A stretch of 64,000 bases of DNA from a virus (lineage: Duplodnaviria > Caudoviricetes), in the IMG/VR virus record IMGVR_UViG_3300006169_000009, positions 32,001 to 96,000 of that record; one strand, 5' to 3'. Each line of letters begins with the position of its first letter. Position 1 is the first letter of the stretch. The translations under genes and the position numbers were made by a program. Below are positions 1 through 9,265 of this stretch, one piece after another. The notes under the pieces were generated by a model. It had not been told where the DNA came from. It made no database searches and saw nothing but the letters and a program-made list of their open reading frames with translations.

Positions 1-1
1 G

Positions 2-1855
2 GTTGCCGTACGCGGAGTGCGATCCAGCCGTGGTCACTGTTCCAGAAGCCGCAGCCTTGACCGGCGTACCGGAGCCTACTCCGATGTCCAGACCGGTGTG
101 AGATCCAGACGACCAGCGTCCCCCAGCCTGGCCGAACTTCGCAGTGATCGGTCCACGGCATGGCCACGCCAGCCTACCTCGTGCCTTGCCCTTGCCCTTG
201 CCCCGGCCCTTGTTTCCCTGTCCGGCGTGACCACTGCTCTGCTGCTGCTGAGTCACACCGCGAGGACCACCGAAGTCGGAGTCGGTAGACGACGGCATTC
301 CGGTGTCCATGAGACCGCCGTCAATGCCGGAGGTTCCTGCGCTAGGAGACCCTGCACGCCCTCCGCTGAGATCGCTCATGGCAGTAGACAAGGACTGGGC
401 TGATCCGCTACCGTCGGATACCGGAAGAGAGGCACCACTATCCATACCCATAGCGCCCATCGAGGAGCCCGCCATGCCGTAGGACCCGGTCGTAGCCCCC
501 ATCGTCATTCGCTGGTCGTGAGTACCGCCGATGCCCAGCATGCCGCCGACGGTCTTCAGGATGCCCAGGCCGCCACCGGTAATGCCCAGCAAGGAGCCGA
601 TCTTGCTCTTCTCGTTGAAGCCCTTGCCGAACCCGAGGATGTCGGTCAGCCAGTCAGGCATCGCTCCTTCCAGCGTCTTGCGGAAGTTGGTCATGGCCTC
701 GGTGCTGAGACGCAGTCCCTGCTCGAAGTTGTCCAACTGCTTGATCGCACCCTGGCGACCGGCTGCAGCCTCTTCACGCTCCTCCTGCGACAGCGAGCCA
801 CCGACACCGGCACGCTGCTTCAGGATCCTGGCCGCAGCCTCTCCGCGCTCTCCCCCCTGGGCGCGCTGACGCATCAACTGGTCGTAGCGCTTGAAACTCA
901 TGTTGCCCTTGACCCGCGCCATGAGGATCCCTCGGATCTCACTCATCACCACGGGGTAGGCCTCAGCAGGCATGGCTCCGCTCTGGACCCACGACTGCAG
1001 CGTGAACGACAGGTTGCTGTTCTGGCTCAGTTCAGCAGTGACCTGCTCCATCGTCTTGATGTCCTGAGAGCCAGGGATGGAGGCCAGGATCTGCTGCGCG
1101 ATCTGGCGTGGGTCTCTGGCCTGTCCCTGAGGTCCCAGCGTCTGGATGCCCATCGAACGCATCGCGTTGAACGTGGAAGCACTGCTAAGCCCCTGCGCAC
1201 CCTTCAGCGACTGCATGTTGGACATGGTCGGGTTCACAAACGAGGTGCCAGTGATCCCCTGCAACTGCTGGGAGAACCCTCGGGTACCGGGGGTGTAGAT
1301 GCTGGTTCCGGCCAGGCCAGCGACTACCCCCATCATGTCCGCACTGCTGTGCGCTGTGGTGTTGCGCCCGTACAGGTCCAGCATCGTTCTCTCAGAGAAC
1401 GGACGTCCGGTGTAGTACGAAGAGGTCATCGAGGAGGCTCGCGCCATAGCCGGAGTGTCCGGGTTGGCTACGGTGCGGGCGATACTGCCCGCTGTATAGG
1501 CTGCACCGGCTGCTGCGAGCGTTCCAGCGACCATGCCGCCTGTCGGGTACCCAGCAGCCAGTCCGGCCCTGTGAGCCCCTCCAGAGCCGCCTCCGATGAC
1601 AGTAGGAGGTCCGGCAGCCCGGTGGCTGGTTACGCCGCCGTTGGGGACGCCAGGAGCCTGTCCAGAGGAGGAGGTACCGCTGCTGCCACCATACGCAGGG
1701 GCTGCGCCGACCAACTTGTCGACAGCGGCTACCAACTTCGAGACAGAGGCATCCAGGCGCGTGACGGTACGCTCAGTGGCGTCCAGCGACCGCTGGACGT
1801 TGTTGTCTCCGAATACCGACCCTCCGGTGCCGGAGAGTGCGTCTTCCTCAGCCAT
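2..1855 (-). CDS. Tape measure protein with M23 peptidase domain (runs off the left end of the window)
   Basis: Missing from the ORF track because it has no stop in the window. Manual translation from ATG 1855: MAEEDALSG..., Ala/Gly-rich helical body, ending ...AWPCRGPITAKFGQAGGRWSGSHTGLDIGVGSGTPVKAAASGTV...AYGN (M23 HxxxD motif). Follows the tail chaperone. Confidence 0.85.
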   Translation of the reverse strand, partial: MAEEDALSGTGGSVFGDNNVQRSLDATERTVTRLDASVSKLVAAVDKLVGAAPAYGGSSGTSSSGQAPGVPNGGVTSHRAAGPPTVIGGGSGGAHRAGLAAGYPTGGMVAGTLAAAGAAYTAGSIARTVANPDTPAMARASSMTSSYYTGRPFSERTMLDLYGRNTTAHSSADMMGVVAGLAGTSIYTPGTRGFSQQLQGITGTSFVNPTMSNMQSLKGAQGLSSASTFNAMRSMGIQTLGPQGQARDPRQIAQQILASIPGSQDIKTMEQVTAELSQNSNLSFTLQSWVQSGAMPAEAYPVVMSEIRGILMARVKGNMSFKRYDQLMRQRAQGGERGEAAARILKQRAGVGGSLSQEEREEAAAGRQGAIKQLDNFEQGLRLSTEAMTNFRKTLEGAMPDWLTDILGFGKGFNEKSKIGSLLGITGGGLGILKTVGGMLGIGGTHDQRMTMGATTGSYGMAGSSMGAMGMDSGASLPVSDGSGSAQSLSTAMSDLSGGRAGSPSAGTSGIDGGLMDTGMPSSTDSDFGGPRGVTQQQQSSGHAGQGNKGRGKGKGKARGRLAWPCRGPITAKFGQAGGRWSSGSHTGLDIGVGSGTPVKAAASGTVTTAGSHSAYGN

Positions 1856-2018
1856 GTGGCCCCTGGTTCCTCAGCGACTCGATCCATCTAGTCCGGGCGA
1901 GTTGGTACTTGCGCTCACGGACGGTGAACCGGCTGATGCTACTTGGGGTCCAAGCCGGATGTAGGTCGGTTAGTTGGTCGATTTCGTAGTACGTGTTGCG
2001 AATGTTACATACCTGGAA
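1848..2018 (-). CDS. Frameshifted C-terminal extension of the tail assembly chaperone (G-T type)
   Basis: The +1 frame is open from TTC CAG GTA TGT AAC to TGA at 1848 and reads YYEIDQLTDLHPAWTPSSISRFTVRERKYQLARTRW, resembling GpE-type extensions. No in-frame ATG/GTG/TTG start. Confidence 0.65.
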   Translation of the reverse strand, partial: FQVCNIRNTYYEIDQLTDLHPAWTPSSISRFTVRERKYQLARTRWIESLRNQGPHG

Positions 2019-2925
2019 ACAAGGACATCAGGTTCACGGGAACCAATGTCTTGTACCCACAGTGATGTTCGAACTCCACACCAGTGTACTGGTGGCCGGG
2101 GATCCGCTTGTTGATCTCGCGGATCAGCGTACGTCTGTCTCCCACCGACAGGCCCTTGATCAGGCTCGGGAATCCGGCGGTGTTCTGCTCGTTGCCCTTG
2201 GCGTCCACCAGGCGTACGACGACCTTGGCCAGGAGCATGGAGTTGCTCTCCGGGTTGGTCGTCATCTCGGTCTCCGCCTCCATGATCTCGACCTGATCGG
2301 CGTGGGTCGGGATGCGAGCGATGGCCTTGCCGCCCTTGCGCAGCGGCACCTCGAAGTACTCGCCCTCCCTGGCCGCGTCATGTCCGGTCTGGGTCGGCAG
2401 TTCACTGACGTTGACCATGAGGTCGTAGACCTCTGCGCACTGGTCACACTTGAAGGTCCCGTACTCGATCTCCGGGCCGAAGGTGGCTGTGCGAATCCCC
2501 ACCATGATGGTGTTTACGTCCCCGACCCCCAGTTGATCGCGGATCTCCTTGGTGGCCTTCTCGCCTCCCACCGATACCAGACCGCGCTCCACCAGCACCT
2601 CCAGGAAGCGCCCGGAGACGTTCTCAGCGCCCTGCTGGACGCGTGCCAGGGCCTCCTCGTCATCCCCGTTGAGTTCGCGCACGGTGGCCGTCTTGACCCA
2701 GCGGTCCCCGATCTTCAGGCCACCGAGGAGGTTGACGTGGTCGTCGGGAGGTAGATCACGCTGCGGAGCCTGAGGAGTCTGCTCCGCCAGCATCTGGTTG
2801 ATCTCGACGTTCTGCGCCTCTGACGTCACCGGGGTGTAGTGGGCGTCGTCTCCACCGCCACCAAAGTCGATGGGGGCGAGATCCGCGTCAGTGAGAGGGG
2901 GTCGCTCGTCCGGCGTCTCAGTCAT
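2005..2925 (-). CDS. Tail assembly chaperone / T4 gp26-like baseplate hub protein
   Basis: Lies between tube and tape measure; motifs VRELNGDDEE, IRTATFG, CDQC...HHCG. Confidence 0.7.
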   Translation of the reverse strand: MTETPDERPPLTDADLAPIDFGGGGDDAHYTPVTSEAQNVEINQMLAEQTPQAPQRDLPPDDHVNLLGGLKIGDRWVKTATVRELNGDDEEALARVQQGAENVSGRFLEVLVERGLVSVGGEKATKEIRDQLGVGDVNTIMVGIRTATFGPEIEYGTFKCDQCAEVYDLMVNVSELPTQTGHDAAREGEYFEVPLRKGGKAIARIPTHADQVEIMEAETEMTTNPESNSMLLAKVVVRLVDAKGNEQNTAGFPSLIKGLSVGDRRTLIREINKRIPGHQYTGVEFEHHCGYKTLVPVNLMSLFPGM

Positions 2926-2970
2926 GTCGTGTCCCAGGTAGTGTGCGAGTCGTGCTGTGCTGCGTCTAGG

Positions 2971-3519
2971 TTAGCCGTTGAACCCCACGGAGTCGTTCGG
3001 GCCGATGTTGTTGGCCAGCCGGTTGGCGAAGCCCTCGTGGGCCAGCGTCATCTGCTGGATGATGATCGCGTTCGCGCCCGCGTCCAGGTCGGAGAAGGCC
3101 ACGGAGGTCGGCCAGGCGTTGTACACGCGGAAGGCCGCCTTGACCGGCACCCGACCCTGGGTCACAGGGTGTGCGAGCACCTTGATGGTCATCTGCGAGC
3201 GGAAGTTCTCTCCCGCACGCCCCGTGCCGTCTCCCTGGACCACGGCGAACAACTGACGCATCCACCGCATCATGGCGTGGTCTCCGACGGCCAGGCCCTT
3301 GGTCAGGGTCACAGGCGCGAAGTCGGACTGACCCGGCATCTTCTGGGTGGTCGTGTTCATGCCACCCTCGCGGTAGGGGATGACCTCGGTCGTGATGTTG
3401 AGGCCGGACACAGACATGAAGCCCATGTTCGCGAACCCGATGCCCGGCTTGTGGACGTTCACCAGGAACTTGAAGTTCCGCAGCGGGTCCGTCTTCAGGT
3501 GGGCAATGGAGGTAGGCAT
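2971..3519 (-). CDS. Tail tube protein (T4 gp19-like)
   Basis: DPLRNFKFLV, FMSVSGL, IPYREGG, MPGQ, VTLTKG, NAWP, LAHEG motifs. True start is ATG 3519, coupled to the sheath stop; the track start at 3684 is over-extended. Confidence 0.92.
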   Translation of the reverse strand: MPTSIAHLKTDPLRNFKFLVNVHKPGIGFANMGFMSVSGLNITTEVIPYREGGMNTTTQKMPGQSDFAPVTLTKGLAVGDHAMMRWMRQLFAVVQGDGTGRAGENFRSQMTIKVLAHPVTQGRVPVKAAFRVYNAWPTSVAFSDLDAGANAIIIQQMTLAHEGFANRLANNIGPNDSVGFNG

Positions 3520-5102
3520 CAGAGGATCTCCTCGGTCGTCTCTTCCTCGACTGCGGCCTCGCCGGAGTCGAACTGCCCGATGCGGATGATGATGAACTCT
3601 GCCGGGCTGGACAGAGCCACGCCGACCTCTACCTTCACCACGCCCGCGTTCACGTTGTCGGTCGTGTTGATCTCGGAGTCGCACTTGACGAAGAAGGCCT
3701 CAGCCTCGTTCGAGCCCGCCAGGACACCCTCCTGGAACAACTCCTGGAGGTACTGGCCGACCACTGCCTCGATGTCCTCCCACAGGGCCGCGTTGTTCGG
3801 CTCGAACACGGCGAAGCGGGTGACATTGACCAGCGCCCGCTTGATGTACATCAGCGAGCGGCGGATGTTCACGTAGCGGTCGGGGGTGCGGATCGCGAGG
3901 GTGCGGGCACCCATGATGCAGAACCCGGCTCCCGGCACTGCGCGGATGACGTTGACGCCCGCTGGGTTCAGCGAGTCCAACTGTGCGTCGGTGAAGCGAG
4001 CCCGCGTCTCCAGGACACCCTTCAGGCTGGTTCCGACACCCGCAGGTGCCTTGGACACCGAACGGGTGGTGTCGGTGTAGGCGTACTGTCCCAGGACAGA
4101 GCCTCCAGGAGCCACCTCACGCATCGCCCCGGCCACGGCGGACCCAGGGTCGTTGATGTAGAGCCACGGCCCGTAGACGGCGACGTAGGAGGTCGCGGGG
4201 AGCCCGCCCGCGTGGGTGAGCAGGTCGGCGGCGATCTCAGCGGCGTCATCGGCGGCTGCGGCCTTGGGCGGGTCTACCACCACGAAGACGTTGTTGCGAG
4301 CGGCTGCCCAGTTCGCCACGTCGGTCAGGACCGTTGGGTCAGACACGCCCGGCAGGTTGACGTTGAGGTTGGCGTCGACCGTGTCCAGACGCTCGACCGC
4401 GTCCATCAGTACCGGGCTGCCGGTGCCCTCGGTACCGCCTGCCAGCGGGGTCTTGTTCTGGGCCGCCGGGACTCCGGCGTCGGTCGTGTTGTTGACGGCG
4501 GTGACAGTGCTGGAGATGGACACGTACTTGGATCCGGCGGTCGGAGAGTTGACGATGTCCAGGGCATAGCGACCGTTCGGGTCGGAGGGGTCCAGGGACA
4601 GGTCGATGAACTGCTCACGAGCCTGCATGGTCAGCCCGGAGCCGACCTCGACCATGAGGTCGAAGCGTCCGGCGTCCAGGCCGGAACCGTTCGGGGAGGT
4701 GACCGAAACGAAGATCCGGCTCTTGCTTGCGGCATCGGATGCCCAGGAGCCGGGAGACTTGGCGGTCAGCGTGAAGGCCGCTGCCGGAGTGCCCTGCTGG
4801 TCGTTGACGGTCAGCGAGGCGGGGGTCGCATCTGCGTTGACTGCACGTACGACGTACGCCGCAGATCCACCGTTGTTGAAGTAGGTGTAGACCCCGTAAG
4901 CGAGGTCTGAGCGGTTGCTGCGGATGTCACCGAAGAGGGACTGGAAGTGAGACCAGGAGCCGACCAGAGTCGGGCCAACGGGTCCACCCTTGGGAGACGC
5001 TCCCACGAACGCCGCGACGGAGTCGCTGTCACCCAGCGCAGGGTCCGTCAGCGGCTGCAAGGTCTCTTCGAGGAAGACCCCAGGACGCTGGTACGTTGCC
5101 AT
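3519..5102 (-). CDS. Tail sheath protein
   Basis: YQRPGVFLEE, AAFVG, YFNNGG, KAPAG, GARTL, YVNIRR, VFEPN, PAEFIIIRI. Confidence 0.95.
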   Translation of the reverse strand: MATYQRPGVFLEETLQPLTDPALGDSDSVAAFVGASPKGGPVGPTLVGSWSHFQSLFGDIRSNRSDLAYGVYTYFNNGGSAAYVVRAVNADATPASLTVNDQQGTPAAAFTLTAKSPGSWASDAASKSRIFVSVTSPNGSGLDAGRFDLMVEVGSGLTMQAREQFIDLSLDPSDPNGRYALDIVNSPTAGSKYVSISSTVTAVNNTTDAGVPAAQNKTPLAGGTEGTGSPVLMDAVERLDTVDANLNVNLPGVSDPTVLTDVANWAAARNNVFVVVDPPKAAAADDAAEIAADLLTHAGGLPATSYVAVYGPWLYINDPGSAVAGAMREVAPGGSVLGQYAYTDTTRSVSKAPAGVGTSLKGVLETRARFTDAQLDSLNPAGVNVIRAVPGAGFCIMGARTLAIRTPDRYVNIRRSLMYIKRALVNVTRFAVFEPNNAALWEDIEAVVGQYLQELFQEGVLAGSNEAEAFFVKCDSEINTTDNVNAGVVKVEVGVALSSPAEFIIIRIGQFDSGEAAVEEETTEEIL

Positions 5103-5156
5103 TCTGTCTCCTATGCAGGAACGTTCAATTCAGGCTACCATCGGGCGGCCTTTGCA

Positions 5157-5834
5157 TTACCCCTGCTTGGGCAGTGCATAGAGGTCGATGTCGACCGTCT
5201 CGACGTACTTGTGGATCTGGGTAGTAGCGTAGACGTCGAGTTCAGCGGCCACTCTTACAGCATATGCGGCCCGGAACAGCCGCTTCCCATCGTTGTCCCG
5301 AGAAGCCTCCAGCATGACCGGCCCTCCCAGCAGGTCCAGGGAGCGCACGGTGGCATCCTCCTCGACCTCCAGGTACCCGAACCTCTCCGGCAACCGGTTC
5401 ACGATGGCCAGTTGCCCGACCAGATCCACGAGGTGCTGCTGGTAACGCGCACGGATCTCGATCCGGTAGTCGATGTTGTACGGAATCGGGTGGTCCTGGA
5501 CATGCCAAGGACTGATCGTGGGGTCGAAGTCCACTGTCGGATCCCACTCGACCCAGTTGTGTTCGTGGTCGCGAACCATCAGCGGCTCGTCGTAGACCGC
5601 GCCCTCAGGGGTGTACGGCAGCACAGTGGGGCCACGATGCTCGCGCTCGGAGGCACGGCTCAGGCCCTGGTAGAAGATCAGGATCAGCGGGTAGGAGACA
5701 TCGGCCAGTTCGGTTTCGGGGGTGACGAAGCGTGACTCGACTACCCGGCCACCGGTCGGCTCGTTGGTGTCGTGGACCTTCATCCCCTGGACCTTCTTCT
5801 TGATGGCTCGGTCCTCGTTCAGCAAGAAGGGCAT
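5157..5834 (-). CDS. Tail terminator / tail completion protein
   Basis: Position just upstream of the sheath; PIPYNIDYRIEI motif; start coupled to the previous stop. Confidence 0.6.
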   Translation of the reverse strand: MPFLLNEDRAIKKKVQGMKVHDTNEPTGGRVVESRFVTPETELADVSYPLILIFYQGLSRASEREHRGPTVLPYTPEGAVYDEPLMVRDHEHNWVEWDPTVDFDPTISPWHVQDHPIPYNIDYRIEIRARYQQHLVDLVGQLAIVNRLPERFGYLEVEEDATVRSLDLLGGPVMLEASRDNDGKRLFRAAYAVRVAAELDVYATTQIHKYVETVDIDLYALPKQG

Positions 5835-6346
5835 CAGGCGCTCCACTGCTTGAACTGAGGATCGTTGACCATCTCGTCAGGCTTGACCTGGCTGCCCTCG
5901 ATGCTCACGACCACGTCACGTTGCTGCACCTGTCCCACGATGTGGATGTCCACCACGTGGTAGACGCGGGAGTTGTAGACCAGCCGGTCCTTCAGGTACC
6001 GGTCATGCTCGATGTCCATGCGAGTCAGGCCAGTGCGATTGACCTGCTCGAACGAGGCCGTGATGTAGATGTTGTCGTTGTAGTAGAAGCCGCCACCGGT
6101 ATCGGAGGTTCCACCCTCGTCCTGGGTGACGTGCAGTACCGGCAACTCCACCGGACCCTTGTACACCCGACCAGTACCAGAAGCCTCGTCGTAGACGTCG
6201 TGCATCCCCGAACCCTCGCGGTCGAATCGGTAGTACTCGACCTCGTCACCGGCCTCGGACTGCCAGCCACGCAGAGCCGCGTGCATCTGGTCGGTCTCAT
6301 GGTCGATGGTGAACCGGCCTCCGCCCTTCCAGTCCAGTCGGCTCAT
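5834..6346 (-). CDS. Head-tail joining (neck) protein, gp14-like
   Basis: Position in the neck cluster; DVYDEA and KDRLVYN motifs. Confidence 0.55.
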   Translation of the reverse strand: MSRLDWKGGGRFTIDHETDQMHAALRGWQSEAGDEVEYYRFDREGSGMHDVYDEASGTGRVYKGPVELPVLHVTQDEGGTSDTGGGFYYNDNIYITASFEQVNRTGLTRMDIEHDRYLKDRLVYNSRVYHVVDIHIVGQVQQRDVVVSIEGSQVKPDEMVNDPQFKQWSA

Positions 6347-7164
6347 CCGACATGTCCCTGGTACGTGGCCGGGCTAGGCGGCCCGTCCGGGTCCTCGTGG
6401 CGACCGTCGATAGGCGGAAGGATACGAGTCGGCAGGGTTGCGTCGTCGTACTCGCGGGCCTTGAACACCGGCACCAGACGGTTGGTCGTACGGCTGATCC
6501 GGCGCAGCGTGGAGACCTCGATGCGTCCCAGGCCGACGTTCAACTTGGTGCAGAGATCCTCGTACTTCTCGGTGAGCACGTCGATCTGAGCCCGCAACTG
6601 GGCGAAGCGCTGCGAGCGCGGGATGTGGGTGCCCTCAGAGGTGGTGACGTCGATGTCGGTGGAAGCGTCTGTGCTCAGCGCCCACAGTGCCTCGACCGTG
6701 GCCAGGATCGCCAGCGGGAGGTGCTCGACCTCGGGGAGGTTGTCCAGGCCGACCGGACGCTCCTCGTACTTGATGAAGCCCATGTCGTCGCGGTATCGAG
6801 TCTCGATGGTGCGCTCGTTGGTGTGCTGAGCGACTGCGTCGTGCAGGAAGTGGCCGATCTCGTAGTCGGTGAACAGGCCGTACGTCGTACCCTCCACGAT
6901 CAGCGTGGCACCATCGGGCAGCGGATCGTTCAGCCGTACGACTCCGGTGTCGGTGTCGACCGTGAAGTCGCTGTCAAGGACTAGGTCCGTAGTGGTTGCG
7001 CCATCGACGGTGAAGACCTTCAGATCCTTGGTCTCGACACGGGTGACCGGGAGGTCGAACTCGTCCTGGTTGCCGGTGCCCAGGTAGCCCTGACGAAACG
7101 GCTGCTTCTGGTCCCCCAGTTCCAGCCGGATTCGCTCGATCAGTGCTGCCTCGGTGACGGCCAT
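6343..7164 (-). CDS. Head-to-tail adaptor
   Basis: RIRLELGD N-terminus and IPRSQRFAQL; position after the capsid gene. Confidence 0.6.
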   Translation of the reverse strand: MAVTEAALIERIRLELGDQKQPFRQGYLGTGNQDEFDLPVTRVETKDLKVFTVDGATTTDLVLDSDFTVDTDTGVVRLNDPLPDGATLIVEGTTYGLFTDYEIGHFLHDAVAQHTNERTIETRYRDDMGFIKYEERPVGLDNLPEVEHLPLAILATVEALWALSTDASTDIDVTTSEGTHIPRSQRFAQLRAQIDVLTEKYEDLCTKLNVGLGRIEVSTLRRISRTTNRLVPVFKAREYDDATLPTRILPPIDGRHEDPDGPPSPATYQGHVG

Positions 7165-7175
7165 GGGGGACCTTC

Positions 7176-7571
7176 CTACTCGATCTTCAGAGCCCCCGCC
7201 GGTACGTGCCAGGGCTTGCCGCTCAGTGCGCCTACCGGCTCAGCCAGTTCCCACACATACAACAGCGTACCGCCCGTGCCCGAGGACGACGTGGTCAGGA
7301 AGGCGAACGAGGCCGGAGGCATGTCCGCTGTCACGGCTGGAGCGGTGATGGCTGCGGAGTTGACCTTCTGCACCGGCTCGGTAGTGCTGGCAGCGCTCCA
7401 GGTCACCGACTGGCGGGCGTAGCCGCCTGTGGTGATCTCCAGCGGCTGCACGGACGCCATGTTGATCTCGCCCACCTGAGGCATGCTCGTAGCCAGACCG
7501 AGGTACGTCGTACCCGTGCAGAGGTCATCGAGCAACTTGGTCTTCGCGGGGCGCGGGAGGAATCCAGCCAT
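7176..7571 (-). CDS. Small virion protein (tail-fibre-associated family)
   Basis: YLGL...EITTGGYARQSVTW...GGTLLY...PAGALKI pattern. Confidence 0.55.
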   Translation of the reverse strand: MAGFLPRPAKTKLLDDLCTGTTYLGLATSMPQVGEINMASVQPLEITTGGYARQSVTWSAASTTEPVQKVNSAAITAPAVTADMPPASFAFLTTSSSGTGGTLLYVWELAEPVGALSGKPWHVPAGALKIE

Positions 7572-7585
7572 GGTCTCAGCCTACC

Positions 7586-8080
7586 TCAGTGGTAGATGAG
7601 GCCCTTCTCTTCCAGGTGGTCGTACACCGTCTTCGGTGCCCGGTAGCGCTGGCCCTCGATGAAGTCGTAGTTGTTGCCGTAGCCGATGGTCACGCCCTCG
7701 ATGGTCTCGTTGACCCGGAAGACGACCTTGGGCTCCTCGACCTCGACGTCGACTGCTTCGACCTCGTTGGAGGCGTGTGGCGGCCAGTGCGGGGACTGAG
7801 GGAGATCCTGGTTGGCCGGGGCGTCCGACTCGTTGGCCCGCAGATCCTGGGGCGTGTCGAGGTCGACATCGGTAGGCACAGCCTCCTTGACCGGCGGAGC
7901 CTCGTCGGCCTTGGGAGCGTTCGGCTCCAGGTCGAGGACATCGTCTCGCTGGACCTTCGCCTGTGCGTCGATGAGGGCCATGCGGCGAGAGGCCGCCTCC
8001 TGCTCATCGACATGCTTGGCCGTCAGATCGGCCTTGGTGCGTGCGGTGAGATCACCGTGACGCGTACGTGCTCGTGGCAT
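7586..8080 (-). CDS. Hypothetical virion-associated protein
   Basis: Co-oriented ORF after the capsid gene; C-terminal FIEGQRYRAPK..HLEEKG. Confidence 0.6.
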   Translation of the reverse strand: MPRARTRHGDLTARTKADLTAKHVDEQEAASRRMALIDAQAKVQRDDVLDLEPNAPKADEAPPVKEAVPTDVDLDTPQDLRANESDAPANQDLPQSPHWPPHASNEVEAVDVEVEEPKVVFRVNETIEGVTIGYGNNYDFIEGQRYRAPKTVYDHLEEKGLIYH

Positions 8081-8132
8081 TGGATTCTCCGTATCTGTGT
8101 CGCGTGAGTGCTGCGGGTCTTACTCTAGCGGA

Positions 8133-8165
8133 AGAGGGGCCGACCCATGTAGAGCCGACCCCTCT
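8133..8165 (-). terminator. Hairpin after the major capsid gene (terminator or stabiliser)
   Basis: AGAGGGGTCGGCTC-TACAT-GGGTCGGCCCCTCT, about 17 nt after the capsid stop; weak U-tract. Confidence 0.55.
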
Positions 8166-8181
8166 AGCGCATCTCTGACGA

Positions 8182-9186
8182 TCAGTTGGTCTCCGCGATG
8201 ACCACGGCCTCGGAGGTGATCAGCCCCAGGCCCCAGATGGCGTACCAGGCCAGGGCGTGCTCACGACCGAAGTCGAGGATTCCGCCGTCACGCAGTTCGA
8301 CCGGCAGGGAGATCGCGTGCCCGAAGGCGTTGTCCCCCAAGAAGATCGACTGGTAGACGTCGGTCTCGGTGCCGGACCCGCCACCGCCGTTGGCGAGGCG
8401 CTTGACCTGCGTGGTCTCGATGAACACGACGTCGTTGAGGCGACCGATCTCGCCCAACATGAAGTTCCCCGGTGCCGCATACTTGGTGACCTCGATGAAC
8501 TCGGGGTCGTCACGCAGCCGACGGGACTGGTGCGGGTGGACGAAGGCGACGTAGGTCTCGCCCAGCCTCGGGACGTTCTTGGTCGCCAGCGTCTCGACCG
8601 CGTCCTTGACGAGGTGCGAGGTGAAGTTGTGCTTCTTCGTGTTCACCATGGCGGCCCGGTTGGCTGCGGCGGTGCCGGAGTCGTACGGGCTGACGTTGGT
8701 GATCGTGGTCGACGTGGTCTTGTCGTAGCCGTAGATGACGGAAGGAGCCAGGAGGAGAACGTTGCGGGCGCTCTCGTCCAGGTACTGCGCCATGTTACGA
8801 CCGAGGAGACGAGAGGCCGAGGCCATCACGTCATCGAACGAGGCGTTGAGCAGGAGTTCCGACACCGCCACCGCGTAGCCCTGTTCCGCCACCGTGATGG
8901 AGAACTGGGTTGCGGTCAGCGGGTTCGTCTCCATGCGCACACCTTCGACCAACTGCGTTGCAGAGCCGAGGTTGTTGTAGCGCATGAAGTTGATCGTCAA
9001 ACCTGGCTGCACGCCGAGTTCGGTCTTCTTGACGGCGAACTGCTCGAACCGCAGGATCGGCATCGACTGGAAGAGGATCTCCTTCGACCAGATCGTCTGG
9101 ATCGCCGGGCTCAACTGCGAGTTCGTGCCCAAGTACGCGGTCGGAGAAGCCGAGAGGAACGGCGTTCCGGTGATTGCACTGGCCAT
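8182..9186 (-). CDS. Major capsid protein (N4-gp56 family)
   Basis: LRFEQFAVKK, GLTINFMRY, YVAFVHP, GEIGRLNDVVFIET, DFGR..ALAWY..WG; strong codon bias. Confidence 0.93.
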   Translation of the reverse strand: MASAITGTPFLSASPTAYLGTNSQLSPAIQTIWSKEILFQSMPILRFEQFAVKKTELGVQPGLTINFMRYNNLGSATQLVEGVRMETNPLTATQFSITVAEQGYAVAVSELLLNASFDDVMASASRLLGRNMAQYLDESARNVLLLAPSVIYGYDKTTSTTITNVSPYDSGTAAANRAAMVNTKKHNFTSHLVKDAVETLATKNVPRLGETYVAFVHPHQSRRLRDDPEFIEVTKYAAPGNFMLGEIGRLNDVVFIETTQVKRLANGGGGSGTETDVYQSIFLGDNAFGHAISLPVELRDGGILDFGREHALAWYAIWGLGLITSEAVVIAETN

Positions 9187-9265
9187 GAGACTTCTTTCTG
9201 GTCTAGGACTACGACCAGTCTAGGACGTAGTCATCCTGATGTTTGTAATTGCGAGCCCTGACGGC

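Noticed and set aside
518-1891. Long plus-strand ORFs in the track (e.g. 518..1891, 8257..9261, 10611..11960, 18614..20059, 47223..48383, 49643..51976)
   Set aside because: Antisense shadows of GC-rich minus-strand genes that have clear motifs; they have no recognisable domains of their own.
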